From Ornithinibacter sp. (GTDB lineage: Bacteria; Actinomycetota; Actinomycetes; Actinomycetales; Dermatophilaceae), in assembly GCA_045807225.1 (NCBI GenBank), contig JBJMHU010000061.1, positions 2,185 to 66,184 of the forward strand: a stretch of 64,000 nt of DNA. Reading direction: 5' to 3'. The number at the start of each line of letters is the position of its first letter. Positions within the stretch are counted from its first letter, which is position 1. The notes beneath the pieces are model-generated. The model saw nothing but the letters and a program-made list of their open reading frames with translations. It was not told the origin of the DNA and searched no databases. Shown here one piece after another: positions 10,258 through 21,877 of this stretch. The position numbers and the translations under genes are program-made.

Positions 10258-11733
10258 GTGCCGGCCGAGGCCGCCGAACCCACCGGCGTCGTCTTCCCGG
10301 AGGTCGACGGACGCCGCTCCACCAGCGCCACCGGGCGCGCGGTCGTCGCCGACGCGCTGCGGCCCGTCGACCCGGTCGGCGCCGCGGCCGCGCAGCGCGA
10401 GACGAACTGGCGCAGTGGCTACCTCAGCCACTTCCGCCGCCTGGTCGAGGCCGGCCTGGCCAGGCCCGAGGATGCCGTCGCCATCGCCGACGCCGGGCTC
10501 GCCTCGCTCCACGACCGGATGCGCTGGCGCGACCCCGACGGCCGCCAGGTGCGGCTCGAGTCGGCGCTCGGCGGGGTGGCCGGCAGCCCCGCCGACCTGC
10601 TGGCGACGGAGTCGCTCGGTGGTGGTGGCGAGCCCGACACCGCCCTCACCATCCCCTACCGCGGCTCCCGGCTCGGGGGTGACGACCTGCGCCGCCAGCT
10701 CGACACCTGGGTGACCGACGGCGTCGTGGAGCCCTCCCTGCGCGAGGCCGTGGGCGCGGTGCTCGACCACCCCGAGTGGCTGCGCCTGGAGGGCCGTACC
10801 GTCGTCGTGCTCGGCGCCGCCGCCGAGATGGGTCCACTGCGCTCGCTGCTGCGCTGGGGCGCCACCGTCGCCGCTGTCGACCTGCCCCGCCCCGACCTGT
10901 GGGCCCGGCTGCTCGGTGACACCAGGAGCCTGCCCGGCCGGGTGCTGGTGCCGGCCACCCCCGGCACCTCCGACCTGGCCCAGCGTGCCGGCGTCGACCT
11001 CATCCACGACCTGCCGACCGCCACCGGTTGGGTCTGCGGCCTGCCCGGCTCGCTCGTCGTGGGCAACTACGTCTACGCCGACGGCGCCACCAACGTGCGC
11101 GTCAGCACGGCGGTGGACGCCCTCACCGAGACCGTGCGCGCCGCCCGCCCGGACACCGCGATGTCGTTCCTCGCCACCCCGACCGACGTGTTCGCCGTGC
11201 CGGGCGAGGCCGTCGCGGCCTCGGTGCAGGCGTATGCCGACCGGCGCACCTCCAAGCTGCTGCGCGGCCCGCTGCGAACCCTGTCGGGCGGACGCCTCCT
11301 GCGCCGCAACTACGTGCCCGGCGAGGACCCGGGCATCAACGACTCCGTCGTGCTGCAGCAGGGGCCCAACTACCTGCTCGCGAAGCGGCTCCAGCGCTGG
11401 CGCGCCACCTCGGCGCGCGCCCAGGGCGCGACGGTGTCGTTCAAGATCGCCCCGCCCACGCGCACCCGCTCGGTCCTCAAGAACCGCGCGCTGGCCGCAG
11501 CGTATGCCGGGGCGCACCGCTTCGGCGTCGAGGTCTTCGACCCGGGCACCGCCAACACGCTGATGGCCGCGCTTCTGGTGCACGACCTGGCCGCCGGCTC
11601 GCCGCGCCAGGAGTTCCCGTGGCAGGACGAGGCCCAGGCGGCGGCGCACGGCGGGCTCTGGCGGGCCGCCTACGACCCGCGCAGCGCGCTCGGCCTGGCC
11701 GCCCTGCTTGGCGCCGCGTCCGCCCGCCCCTGA
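10258..11733 (+). CDS. Hypothetical protein with a Rossmann-like segment
   Basis: GTG 4 nt after the E2 stop; strong high-GC3 codon bias; VVLGAAAEMGP, FLATPTD and QQGPNY motifs; function unknown. Confidence 0.7.
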   Translation: MPAEAAEPTGVVFPEVDGRRSTSATGRAVVADALRPVDPVGAAAAQRETNWRSGYLSHFRRLVEAGLARPEDAVAIADAGLASLHDRMRWRDPDGRQVRLESALGGVAGSPADLLATESLGGGGEPDTALTIPYRGSRLGGDDLRRQLDTWVTDGVVEPSLREAVGAVLDHPEWLRLEGRTVVVLGAAAEMGPLRSLLRWGATVAAVDLPRPDLWARLLGDTRSLPGRVLVPATPGTSDLAQRAGVDLIHDLPTATGWVCGLPGSLVVGNYVYADGATNVRVSTAVDALTETVRAARPDTAMSFLATPTDVFAVPGEAVAASVQAYADRRTSKLLRGPLRTLSGGRLLRRNYVPGEDPGINDSVVLQQGPNYLLAKRLQRWRATSARAQGATVSFKIAPPTRTRSVLKNRALAAAYAGAHRFGVEVFDPGTANTLMAALLVHDLAAGSPRQEFPWQDEAQAAAHGGLWRAAYDPRSALGLAALLGAASARP

Positions 11734-11889
11734 GCGACCCGGCATCCTCGCGTGCCTCGGACGTGGGGACCGTGGCGACCAGTTCCGCACTCGTCACCAG
11801 CACAACACGCCGGATCCGCAGCAGGCGGGCGTCCCCGCATGCGGAATCCGCGGTTGGCCAATGGCCACGCCACCCGTCATGATGGAGGC

Positions 11890-13095
11890 ATGAGCGCCAC
11901 CTCGTCGATGCCGAAGCGACCGTCCGACCCCCTCGACCTGATCGACGTCGACAGCCTGCTCACCGACGAGGAGAAGGCGATCAGGGCGGCCACCCGCCAG
12001 GTCTGCGCCGACGCCGTCGACCCCCACGTCATGCAGTGGTACGAGGACGGCGACCTCCCGGTCGCCCGTGAGCTCGCCCAGGAGTTCGGGAAGGTCGGCC
12101 TGCTCGGCATGCACCTCGAGGGCTACGGCTGCGCGGGCATGTCCGCCGTCGACTACGGCCTGGCCTGCCTCGAGCTCGAGGCGAGCGACTCCGGCATCCG
12201 CTCGCTGGTGTCGGTGCAGGGAAGCCTGGCGATGTTCGCGATCTGGCGCTTCGGCACCGAGGAGCACAAGCAGGAGTGGCTGCCGCGGATGGCGGCCGGC
12301 GAGGCGATCGGCTGCTTCGGCCTCACCGAGCCCGACCACGGCTCCGACCCCGGCTCGATGCGCACGCGGGCCCGCCGCGACGGTGACGACTGGGTGCTCA
12401 ACGGCAGCAAGATGTGGATCACCAACGGCTCGATCGCCGACGTCGCGGTCGTGTGGGCCAACGCCGGTGAGGAGAACGGCGGCATCCGGGGCTTCGTGGT
12501 CCCCACCGACACACCTGGGTTCGCGGCGCACAAGATCACCCACAAGATGTCGCTGCGCGCCTCGGTCACCTCCGAGCTCACCTTCGAGAACCTGCGCCTG
12601 CCCGCCGATGCCGTGCTGCCCGATGTCACAGGGCTCAAGGGCCCGCTCGCCTGCCTGAGCGAGGCGCGGTACGGCATCGTCTGGGGGTCGCTCGGTGCCG
12701 CCCGGTCGTCGCTCGAGGCGGCCCGCCGCTACTCGATGGAGCGCATCCAGTTCGGCCGCCCGATCGCCGGCTTCCAGCTGACCCAGGCCAAGCTGGCCAA
12801 CATGGCCACCGAGCTGCAGCTCGGCCAGCTGCTGGCGCTGCACCTCGGCCGCCGCAAGGACACCGTCGGCCTGCGCCCCGAGCAGGTGTCGGTCGGCAAG
12901 TACAACAACATCACCAAGTCGATCGAGATCTGCCGCACCGCGCGCACGATCCTCGGGGGCAACGGTGTCAGCGGTGAGTACCCCGTGATGCGGCACGCCA
13001 ACAACCTCGAGTCGGTGCTCACCTACGAGGGCACCGTCGAGATGCACACCCTCGTGATCGGCCAGGCGCTCACCGGCGAGTCCGCCTTCCGCTGA
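11890..13095 (+). CDS. Acyl-CoA dehydrogenase (glutaryl-CoA dehydrogenase-like)
   Basis: GGAGG RBS; GCFGLTEPDHGSD, GSKMWITNG, RIQFGRPI and TYEGT motifs. Confidence 0.88.
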   Translation: MSATSSMPKRPSDPLDLIDVDSLLTDEEKAIRAATRQVCADAVDPHVMQWYEDGDLPVARELAQEFGKVGLLGMHLEGYGCAGMSAVDYGLACLELEASDSGIRSLVSVQGSLAMFAIWRFGTEEHKQEWLPRMAAGEAIGCFGLTEPDHGSDPGSMRTRARRDGDDWVLNGSKMWITNGSIADVAVVWANAGEENGGIRGFVVPTDTPGFAAHKITHKMSLRASVTSELTFENLRLPADAVLPDVTGLKGPLACLSEARYGIVWGSLGAARSSLEAARRYSMERIQFGRPIAGFQLTQAKLANMATELQLGQLLALHLGRRKDTVGLRPEQVSVGKYNNITKSIEICRTARTILGGNGVSGEYPVMRHANNLESVLTYEGTVEMHTLVIGQALTGESAFR

Positions 13096-13216
13096 CCCCT
13101 GCCTCGGTCGACCCGCCTGGGCCGGCCGGCCGCCGCGCCCCGCAACAAACCACGTTGCCCGCCGTCATCGGCGGGCGGGACGATGACCGTCCCCACCCAC
13201 CTCATCGGAGAACCCC

Positions 13217-14407
13217 GTGCTGTCCGCCTATGCCCCGCTGTTCCGCGTCCCCGGCGCGACCCGCTTCATCGCGGGCACCGCGCTGTCGCGCACCGGAGGG
13301 GCGATGTTCGGTGTCGCGATCGTCGTGATGCTCAGCCAGCGCCGCGGGTCGTTCGGACTCGCCGGGGCGGTGTCGGCCGTCGGCGTGCTCGTGCTGGCCA
13401 TCGGAGCACCGCTGATCGGCCGGCTGGTCGACCAGCAGGGCCAGCGCCGCGTGGCCCTGCCCTTCGTCGTGTTCTCGACGATCTGCGGCGTCACCGTCGC
13501 GGTGCTGTCCTGGCGCGACGCCCCGGCGTGGACCCTCTTCCTCTTCTACGGCCTGAGTGCCGTTCTCCCGGAACCGGGCCCGATGTCCCGCGCCCGCTGG
13601 GCGCACATCTACCGCGACCAGCCCGACCGACTGCACACGGCGATGTCGTTCGAGCAGGTCTGCGACGAGGCGTCGTTCGTCATCGGCCCGGTGCTCGCCG
13701 TCCTGGTGTCGACGCTGTGGTTCCCCGAGGCCGGCCTGCTGCTGGCCGAGGCCCTGTTCACAGTGGGAATGCTCACCTTCCTCGCGGCCCGCGCCACCGA
13801 GCCGCCGGTGGTGCCGCACGCCGACCGGCCGGTCGGGTTCGCCGTGCGTCGGCCCGGGCTGCTCGTCGTCGCCGTCGTGCTCGTGATGACCGGTGTCATC
13901 TTCGGGGCGAACGAGGTGATCGCCGTCGCCTTCGCCACCGAGCGCGGCGACACCGGCTTCTCGAGCATCATCCTCGGGGCGTTCGCGCTGGGCTCGACCC
14001 TGGCCGGCATCGTGTTCGGCAGCACCGTGTTCCGGATGACGATGACCCGCCGGCTGCTGGTCGCGGCCGCCGGCATGTTCGTGCTCGAGACCCCGGCCCT
14101 GCTCGTCGGTGGCCTGTGGCCGCTCGTGGCCGTGATGTTCGTGGCCGGCTCGGCGACCGCCCCGATGCTGATCACCAGCCTCTCACTGGCCCAGCGCCTG
14201 GTTCCCGCAGCGCTGATGACCGAGGGACTGGCCGTGGCGGTCACCGGCATCCTGATCGGCATCTCCGGCGGGTCCGCCGTCGGAGGCTGGGCGATCGAGG
14301 CCTGGGGTGCGCAGCCTGCGTATGCCGTGCCCGTGCTCGCCGGGGCGATGGCCGTGGCCATCATCGCGGCGCGCTACCGGCACCTCGAGCGCCACGAGCT
14401 GGCGTAG
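13217..14407 (+). CDS. MFS transporter
   Basis: About 12 hydrophobic segments; GRLVDQQGQRR motif A; DEASFVIGP. Confidence 0.82.
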   Translation: MLSAYAPLFRVPGATRFIAGTALSRTGGAMFGVAIVVMLSQRRGSFGLAGAVSAVGVLVLAIGAPLIGRLVDQQGQRRVALPFVVFSTICGVTVAVLSWRDAPAWTLFLFYGLSAVLPEPGPMSRARWAHIYRDQPDRLHTAMSFEQVCDEASFVIGPVLAVLVSTLWFPEAGLLLAEALFTVGMLTFLAARATEPPVVPHADRPVGFAVRRPGLLVVAVVLVMTGVIFGANEVIAVAFATERGDTGFSSIILGAFALGSTLAGIVFGSTVFRMTMTRRLLVAAAGMFVLETPALLVGGLWPLVAVMFVAGSATAPMLITSLSLAQRLVPAALMTEGLAVAVTGILIGISGGSAVGGWAIEAWGAQPAYAVPVLAGAMAVAIIAARYRHLERHELA

Positions 14408-14408
14408 C

Positions 14409-15507
14409 TCAGAGCCAGGCGCCGGCGCGCATCACGGCGACCACCCGCAGGTCGTCGTCGAGGTGGACGAGGTCGGCCCGGCGGCCGGGCTCGATGACCC
14501 CGACGTCGCCCAGCCCGAGCAGCCGCGCCGGGGTGGCCGTGGCCGCGTAGACGACCGCGTCGAGCGGCAGGCCGGCCGTCTGCACGGCGTACCGCACGGC
14601 CTGGTCCATGGTGAGCGTGCTGCCGGCGATGGCGCCGTTCGACGCCAGCCGGGCCACGCCGTCGCGCACCTCGACGGCGGCCGGCCCGAGCACGTAGTCG
14701 CCGTCGGCCGCGCCGGCAGCACCCATCGCATCGGTGACGAGGATGAAGCGGTGCGGCGCCGTGGTCGCGGCCCAGCGCAGCACGGCCGGGTGCAGGTGGA
14801 TGCCGTCGGCGATCAGCTCGACGAACGCGCGCGGGTCCTCGACCAACGCGAGCACCGGCCCCGGCTCGCGGTGGTGGATCGGCCGCATCGCGTTGAACAG
14901 GTGCGTGGCGACGCAGGCGCCCGCGTCGAGCGCCTGCTGCGCCACCGCATACGTCGCGTCGCTGTGACCGAGGGCCGCGATGACGCCGCGCTCGGCGAGC
15001 AGGGCCACGGCGTCGAGCCCGCCGTCCAGCTCGGGGGCGAGGGTCACCATCCGCACCGCTCCCTCACCGGCGTCGACCAGGCGGGCCACCTCGGCCGGGT
15101 CGGGGGCGCGCAGGAGGGCGGGGTCGTGGGCGCCGCAGTGGTCGCCACTCAGCCACGGCCCCTCGAGGTGGATGCCGGCCAGCTCACCTGCGCGGACCAG
15201 CGGCGCCAGCGCCCGCACCGACACCTCGAGCCGCTCGGTGGTGTCGGTGACCAGGCTGGCCACCATCGTCGTGGTGCCGTGCGCCCGGTGGGTGGCCAGC
15301 ACGGTCGCCGCCTCGGCGGGGTCACCGGAGGTGAAGGCGGCCGCGCCGCCGCCGTGCGCGTGGGCGTCGACGAAGCCGGGCACCAGGGTGCCCGGGAGGT
15401 GCCGGCCGGCCGGTGCCGGTGGGTGACCCCCACCGGCACCGGTGACGCGGTCACCGTCGATCTCCACCCAGCCCGGCTCGGCCGAGCCGGACGGGAGGAC
15501 GACCCGG

Positions 15508-15530
<23 letters not shown>
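14409..15530 (-). CDS. nagA: N-acetylglucosamine-6-phosphate deacetylase
   Basis: PGFVDAHAHG, GIHLEGPW, GHSDA, THLFNAM and LVTDAM motifs. Confidence 0.92.
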
Positions 15531-16838
<1,308 letters not shown>

Positions 16839-16842
<4 letters not shown>

Positions 16843-17624
16843 CGGTTTCCCTCCAGTGGTGATGGATGTGCTTCGTCGGGCATCGTGCGGTCCAGCGAGA
16901 CGTGCAGCTCGTAGCGGTCGCCGCGGTAGTGGCTGGTGACGCGCTCCAGCGGGGCGCCGCCACTGCGGCTGCGTCGGTCGAACGCCAGCACCGGGTCGCC
17001 CGGCTCGACCGCGAGGTGGTGGGCGACCGACGCGTCGGCCAGCTCGGCGCGCACGGTCTGGTCGGCGGTGTCGACCGACAGGCCGTACTCGCGGGCGAAC
17101 AGCTCGTAGAGCGACTGGCCCAGGTCGAGCCGGTCCAGGCCGGGCAGCAGGGTCGGTGAGTACCAGCCGCCCTCGACTGCCATCGGCTCACCGGCGGCCA
17201 GCCGCACCCGCTCCACCCACCAGGCCCGCTCGGCCGGCCCCAGCCGGAACCACGCCGCGACCTGGGCCGGCGGCTCGAGCGAGGCCACCCGCACCACCCG
17301 GGTCGACGGGGTCTTCCCACGCCGTCGCATGTCCTGGGTGAACGAGGCGAGGTGCAGGTGCGACTGCACCCGCGGCGGGGCCACGAAGGTGCCCTTGCCC
17401 GGCACCCGGCGCAGGGCCCCTTCGGCCACGAGCGACTCGATGGCGCGGCGGACGGTGGCGCGCGACACGGCATACGTGGTCATCAGCTCGCGCTCGGACG
17501 GGATGGCGGCGCCCGGCGCGAGCTCGCCTGCACACAGCGCGGCCAGCACCGCCCGGAGTTGGGCATGCTTGGGCTCGGCGCCGTCGACGAGGTGGCGCGG
17601 CGCGGTGGTCGCCGGGTCCGCCAT
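16839..17624 (-). CDS. GntR/HutC (DasR/NagR-like) transcriptional regulator
   Basis: IPSERELM...VSRATVRRAI...GKGTFV wHTH plus UTRA domain (YRGDRY); heads the nag operon. Confidence 0.88.
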
Positions 17625-17651
17625 TCGTCCCCCTCGCCGGTGGTCGTCTCA

Positions 17652-17677
17652 ACTGGTACGGTCCAGTTAGTACCAGT
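17652..17677. promoter_or_regulatory. dre-like operator for the GntR regulator
   Basis: ACTGGTACGGTCCAGT (17652-17667) matches 12/16 of the dre-type palindrome ACTGGTCTAGACCAGT; also an ACTGGTAC-N10-GTACCAGT inverted repeat; lies between divergent nag/PTS genes. Confidence 0.65.
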
Positions 17678-17739
17678 GAGGATGCACCCGGCGTGGAGAC
17701 CTGTCAATCCGGGTGGCTCCCGAACGAGAGGACCGTGAG

Positions 17740-17973
17740 ATGAGCAGCAAGGCAGAGCAGATCCTGGCCGGGCTCGGCGGCGCCGGCAACATCGTCGAGA
17801 TGGAGCCGTGCATCACCCGGCTGCGCACCGAGGTCAAGGACATGGCCCTGGTCGACGACAAGGCGCTCAAGGCCGCCGGCGCGCACGGCGTGGTGCGGGC
17901 CGGTTCGGTGGTGCAGGTCGTGGTCGGGCCCGAGGCCGACAACCTGGCCGAGGACATCGAGGACCTGATGTGA
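17740..17973 (+). CDS. PTS EIIB component (stand-alone)
   Basis: LGGAGNI...PCITRLR phosphorylated-Cys motif, QVVVGP. Confidence 0.9.
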   Translation: MSSKAEQILAGLGGAGNIVEMEPCITRLRTEVKDMALVDDKALKAAGAHGVVRAGSVVQVVVGPEADNLAEDIEDLM

Positions 17974-18428
17974 CCGAGGTGCTCGCCCCCGTCGCCGGCC
18001 TGGTCCGTTCGCTGTCGCAGGTGCCCGACCCGGTCTTCGCCGCCGAGATGGTCGGTGCCGGCGTCGCCATCGAGCCCGAGGGCGGCATGGTGGATGCCGT
18101 GTCGCCCGTCGCCGGCACGGTGCTCAAGCTGCACCCGCACGCGTTCGTGGTGCTGACGGCCGAGGGCGCCGGCATCCTCGTGCACCTCGGCATCGACACG
18201 AACCACCTCGCCGGGGCGGGGTTCGAGCTGCTCGTGGCCGAGAAGGACGCGGTCGAGGCCGGGCAGCCGGTCACCCGCTGGGATCCGTCCGACGTCGTCG
18301 AGCGTGGCCTCAGCGCGATCGTCATGGTCTGCGTGCTCGACACGAAACCCGGCGCGGTCGACAGCGACCGGCTCGACGAGACGGTCTCGGCCGGCGACCC
18401 CCTCTTCGCCTGGCCCGCTGGCTCGTGA
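17970..18428 (+). CDS. crr: PTS EIIA (glucose family)
   Basis: GTGA coupling; VPDPVFA, HAF and LVHLGIDT motifs. Confidence 0.85.
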   Translation: MTEVLAPVAGLVRSLSQVPDPVFAAEMVGAGVAIEPEGGMVDAVSPVAGTVLKLHPHAFVVLTAEGAGILVHLGIDTNHLAGAGFELLVAEKDAVEAGQPVTRWDPSDVVERGLSAIVMVCVLDTKPGAVDSDRLDETVSAGDPLFAWPAGS

Positions 18429-19075
18429 CGAGCCCGGGGGTCGCCGCCCTCCTCCTCGACCTCGACGGCACCCTGGTCGACTCCGAGCCCCTGCACCGCG
18501 AGCGCTACCGGGCGTGGTTCGAGCAGCGCGGCTGGCCCTACGACGACGAGGTGGCCTCGCTCTTCACCGGCCGCCGCGCCGACGACGTCTTCCGCACCGT
18601 CGAGGGGCCGTGGCGTGGGGAGGACCCCGAGGCCCTGCTCGCCGAGATCCTCGGCCTCGAGCCGATGCGTGGTGTGCCCGAGCCGGTCGCCGGCGCGGTG
18701 GCGGCGGTCGCCTGGGCGCGCGCGGCCGGCATCCCGCTGGCCCTGGTCACGTCGGCCGGCACCCGGTGGGTGGCGCGGGTGCTCGACCCGTTCGGGGGCG
18801 TCGAGGTCCTCGACGCCACGGTCACCCGCGAGGACATCGCCGACGGCAAGCCCGACCCGGCCTGCTACGTCCTGGCCTGTGAGCGCCTCGGGGTCGACCC
18901 GGGCGCCGCGGTCGCCTGTGAGGACGCGCCCGACGGCGTGCGCGCCGCCGCCGCGGCCGGAGTCGGCACGGTCGTGGGCGTGACGACCAGCTTCCCCGCG
19001 CAGCGGCTGTCGGATGCCGGTGCCACCCACACGCTGCCCGACCTCACCACCCTGCCGGCCCTGCTCGGCGGCTGA
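18425..19075 (+). CDS. HAD-family phosphatase
   Basis: DLDGTLVDS, VTS, GKPDP and EDAPDG motifs. Confidence 0.88.
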   Translation: MTSPGVAALLLDLDGTLVDSEPLHRERYRAWFEQRGWPYDDEVASLFTGRRADDVFRTVEGPWRGEDPEALLAEILGLEPMRGVPEPVAGAVAAVAWARAAGIPLALVTSAGTRWVARVLDPFGGVEVLDATVTREDIADGKPDPACYVLACERLGVDPGAAVACEDAPDGVRAAAAAGVGTVVGVTTSFPAQRLSDAGATHTLPDLTTLPALLGG

Positions 19076-19076
19076 G

Positions 19077-19469
19077 TCAGAACGGCACGCCGCACTCGAG
19101 CACGACGTTGGCGTAGGGCGTCTCCTCGCCGGTGCGCACGGCCAGGCGGATGCCGGGCAGCATCGCCTTGAGGTCGTCGTGCGTGACGACCCGCCGCCGG
19201 CCGAGGGCGTCGGCCCGCTCGTCGAGCCACGCCGGGAACGGGCCTCCGGCCGCCTCCGACGCGATGGTGTGCGCCTGCACGACGACCTCGCCGAGGACGG
19301 CATCGAGCACCGTGGGCAGGTCGACCACGCCGGGAACCAGCGCGAGGTCGACGACCGGCGCACCGGGTGGCAACGGCAGCCCGCGGTCGCTGATGACGAC
19401 GAGGTCGGTGTGGCCGAGCCGGGCGAGGTGGCCCAGCAGCTGGGCGTGCAGGAGACCGGAGCGCTTCAC
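19077..19469 (-). CDS. rbsD: D-ribose pyranase
   Basis: LGHTDLVVISDRGLP and VRTGEETPYANVVL motifs. Confidence 0.88.
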   Translation of the reverse strand: MKRSGLLHAQLLGHLARLGHTDLVVISDRGLPLPPGAPVVDLALVPGVVDLPTVLDAVLGEVVVQAHTIASEAAGGPFPAWLDERADALGRRRVVTHDDLKAMLPGIRLAVRTGEETPYANVVLECGVPF

Positions 19470-19481
19470 GGGTCGACAGTA

Positions 19482-19523
19482 GACACCACGCCGCCCCGGC
19501 TCGAGCCGGGGCGGCGTGGTGTC
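19482..19523. terminator. Perfect 42-bp palindrome, probable terminator of the MDR gene
   Basis: GACACCACGCCGCCCCGGC-TCGA-GCCGGGGCGGCGTGGTGTC, 18 nt after the MFS stop. Confidence 0.7.
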
Positions 19524-19541
19524 CTGGGTCGACGAGGCCCG

Positions 19542-21305
19542 TCAGTGCGGGGCGACCACGGGGGCGTCCTGCGGACCGGCCCCGGCGGCATCCGCGTCGG
19601 ACCTGGCGCGGTCGTCGTACGACGACCCCTTGCGCAGCTCGACGTGCGGCAGCATCAGCATCACGAGGAAGCCGGCGACCATGACCATCGAGCCCACGAG
19701 GAACACCGTGTCCATGGCCTCGGAGAAGCCCATGAGGAACGGCTTGGCGATGCGCTCGTCGAGGTCGTTGAGGAACGAGCTGTCCTGCAGCACGCCACTG
19801 GCCGCACCGCCGCCGCCGGCCTGGGCGGCCTTGAGCTGGGCGGCGACGGCGGCGTTCGCCGGGTCGGCCAGCGCGGCCTGGAAGTCGGCGGTGGGCGCGG
19901 CCGCCCTCAGCGCAGCGGTGATCTTCTCGCCGGCGGTGGAGAACAGGATCGACAGGAACACGGCGGTACCGAGCGCTCCACCGATCTGCCGGGTGAAGGT
20001 GGCCGTCGACGTGGCGACGCCGATCTGGTTCGGCGGCACGGCGTTCTGCACGGCCAGGGTGAGCGGCTGGAAGTTGAAGCCCAGCCCCATGCCGAAGGCC
20101 AGCATGACGATCATCGTCTGCCACAGCGGGGTGTCGAACTCGACGTAGTGGAACACGAACAGCGAGACGGCCAGCAGCGCGGACCCGATGATCGGGAACT
20201 TCCGGTAGCGACCGGTGCGGGAGATGATCTGGCCCGAGAGGATCGAGCCGAACATGATTCCCAGGGTCATCGGCAGCAGCAGCAGGCCGGCCTGGGTCGG
20301 GGTGGCGCCCTTGACGATCTGCAGGTAGAGCGGCAGCGCGGCCAGCCCACCGAACATGGCCACACCGATGAGCACCGAGGCCGCCGAGGACACCCCGACC
20401 GTCTTGTTGGTGAACATCTTCAGCGGGAGGATGGCCTCCTCCTTCATCCGCCACTCCTGCCAGAAGAAGCCGATGGCGCCCAGGATGCCGATCACGTAGC
20501 AGGCGGTCGACTTGCTGTTGACCCAGCCCCACTCGCGGCCCTGCTCGGCGACGAGCAGCAGCGGCACCAGGGCGACCGAGAGCAGCGCCGCGCCGGCCCA
20601 GTCGATGCGGTGGTCGAGGCGGTTGTGGCGCAGGTGCAGCGTCCTGGAGACCACGGCCAGGGCCGCGATGCCGATCGGCACGTTCACGAGGAAGACCCAG
20701 CGCCAGCCGTCGATGCCGAGGATGGTCTCCTGGCCGGCGAAGAAGCCGCCGATGACCGGACCGAGCACCGACGCGGTGCCGAAGACGGCGAGGAAGTAGC
20801 CCTGGTACTTGGCGCGCTCACGCGGCGGCACGATGTCGCCGATGATGGCCAGCGCCAGCGAGAACAGGCCGCCGGCACCCAGGCCCTGCACGGCGCGGAA
20901 GGCCGCGAGGCTGAACATCGAGGTCGAGAACGTACACAGGATCGACCCGAAGATGAAGATCGAGATGGCGATGATGAACAGCTTCTTGCGGCCGTAGATG
21001 TCGCCGAGCTTTCCGTAGAGCGGGGTGACGATCGTCGAGGTGATCAGGTAGGCGGTGGTCGCCCAGGCCTGGTGGTTCAGGCCCTTGAGGTCGTCGGCGA
21101 TGGTGCGGATGGCGGTCGCGACGATGGTCTGGTCCAGGGCCGCGAGGAACATGCCCATCATCAGGCCGATGAGGATCGTGACGATCTGGCGGTGGGTGAG
21201 CGGGCCGGTCGGGCGGTCCGGTTCGTCGACCGCGGCGGGTGCCGGGGCACCGCCGCCGGTGGCCAGGGCGGCCTGCCGGCTGCCGGGCGGGGTGGAGTCG
21301 TTCAT
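19542..21305 (-). CDS. DHA2 (14-TM) multidrug MFS efflux transporter
   Basis: AALDQTIVATA, GKLGDIYGRK and WRWVFLVNVPIG motifs. Confidence 0.9.
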   Translation of the reverse strand: MNDSTPPGSRQAALATGGGAPAPAAVDEPDRPTGPLTHRQIVTILIGLMMGMFLAALDQTIVATAIRTIADDLKGLNHQAWATTAYLITSTIVTPLYGKLGDIYGRKKLFIIAISIFIFGSILCTFSTSMFSLAAFRAVQGLGAGGLFSLALAIIGDIVPPRERAKYQGYFLAVFGTASVLGPVIGGFFAGQETILGIDGWRWVFLVNVPIGIAALAVVSRTLHLRHNRLDHRIDWAGAALLSVALVPLLLVAEQGREWGWVNSKSTACYVIGILGAIGFFWQEWRMKEEAILPLKMFTNKTVGVSSAASVLIGVAMFGGLAALPLYLQIVKGATPTQAGLLLLPMTLGIMFGSILSGQIISRTGRYRKFPIIGSALLAVSLFVFHYVEFDTPLWQTMIVMLAFGMGLGFNFQPLTLAVQNAVPPNQIGVATSTATFTRQIGGALGTAVFLSILFSTAGEKITAALRAAAPTADFQAALADPANAAVAAQLKAAQAGGGGAASGVLQDSSFLNDLDERIAKPFLMGFSEAMDTVFLVGSMVMVAGFLVMLMLPHVELRKGSSYDDRARSDADAAGAGPQDAPVVAPH

Positions 21306-21778
21306 CGGTCGGTCCTTCTGGTGACGGAGGGGATGGAGGCCTCGAGGTCGGAGGCGAAGTGGCGCAGGTGAGCGGAGAACGAGGTGACGTCGTCGTCGGA
21401 CCAGTCGGCCAGCAGGCCCTGCAGCCAGCGGTCGCGGCCCTCGCGGATGGCGGTGAGCAGGGCGCTGCCCTCGTCGGTGAGCGACAGCGCCTGGGCGCGG
21501 CCGTCGTCGGGGTCGGGGCCGCGCCTGACGAAGCCGAGGTCGACCAGGGTGCTGACCTGCCGGCTCACGGTGGAGACGTCGGAGTGCAGCACCTCGGCCA
21601 GGGCCGAGACGCGCAGGGGCGCCACCTTGAGGTTGAACAGCAGGGGGTAGGCCATCGGGTCGACCTGGGGGTGCTGGCGCGGCGACTGCTGGCGCACGAG
21701 GTGCAGCAGCTTGACGACGCGGATCAGGTCGTCGCCGAGCACGGCCGTCGGGGTCGACGGCACGGAGCTGAACGGCAT
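21302..21778 (-). CDS. MarR family regulator
   Basis: STVSRQVSTL...DPDDGRA wHTH; 4-bp overlap with the MFS gene. Confidence 0.88.
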   Translation of the reverse strand: MPFSSVPSTPTAVLGDDLIRVVKLLHLVRQQSPRQHPQVDPMAYPLLFNLKVAPLRVSALAEVLHSDVSTVSRQVSTLVDLGFVRRGPDPDDGRAQALSLTDEGSALLTAIREGRDRWLQGLLADWSDDDVTSFSAHLRHFASDLEASIPSVTRRTDR

Positions 21779-21877
21779 CGAGCTTTCCTTCCTCAGGACA
21801 GTTGCTTGCGGCATACAACTATATGGCCACGCGCCGGCATTCCCGAAAGTCCGCAGGAGCTCGCCGCTGTCGAAGGT

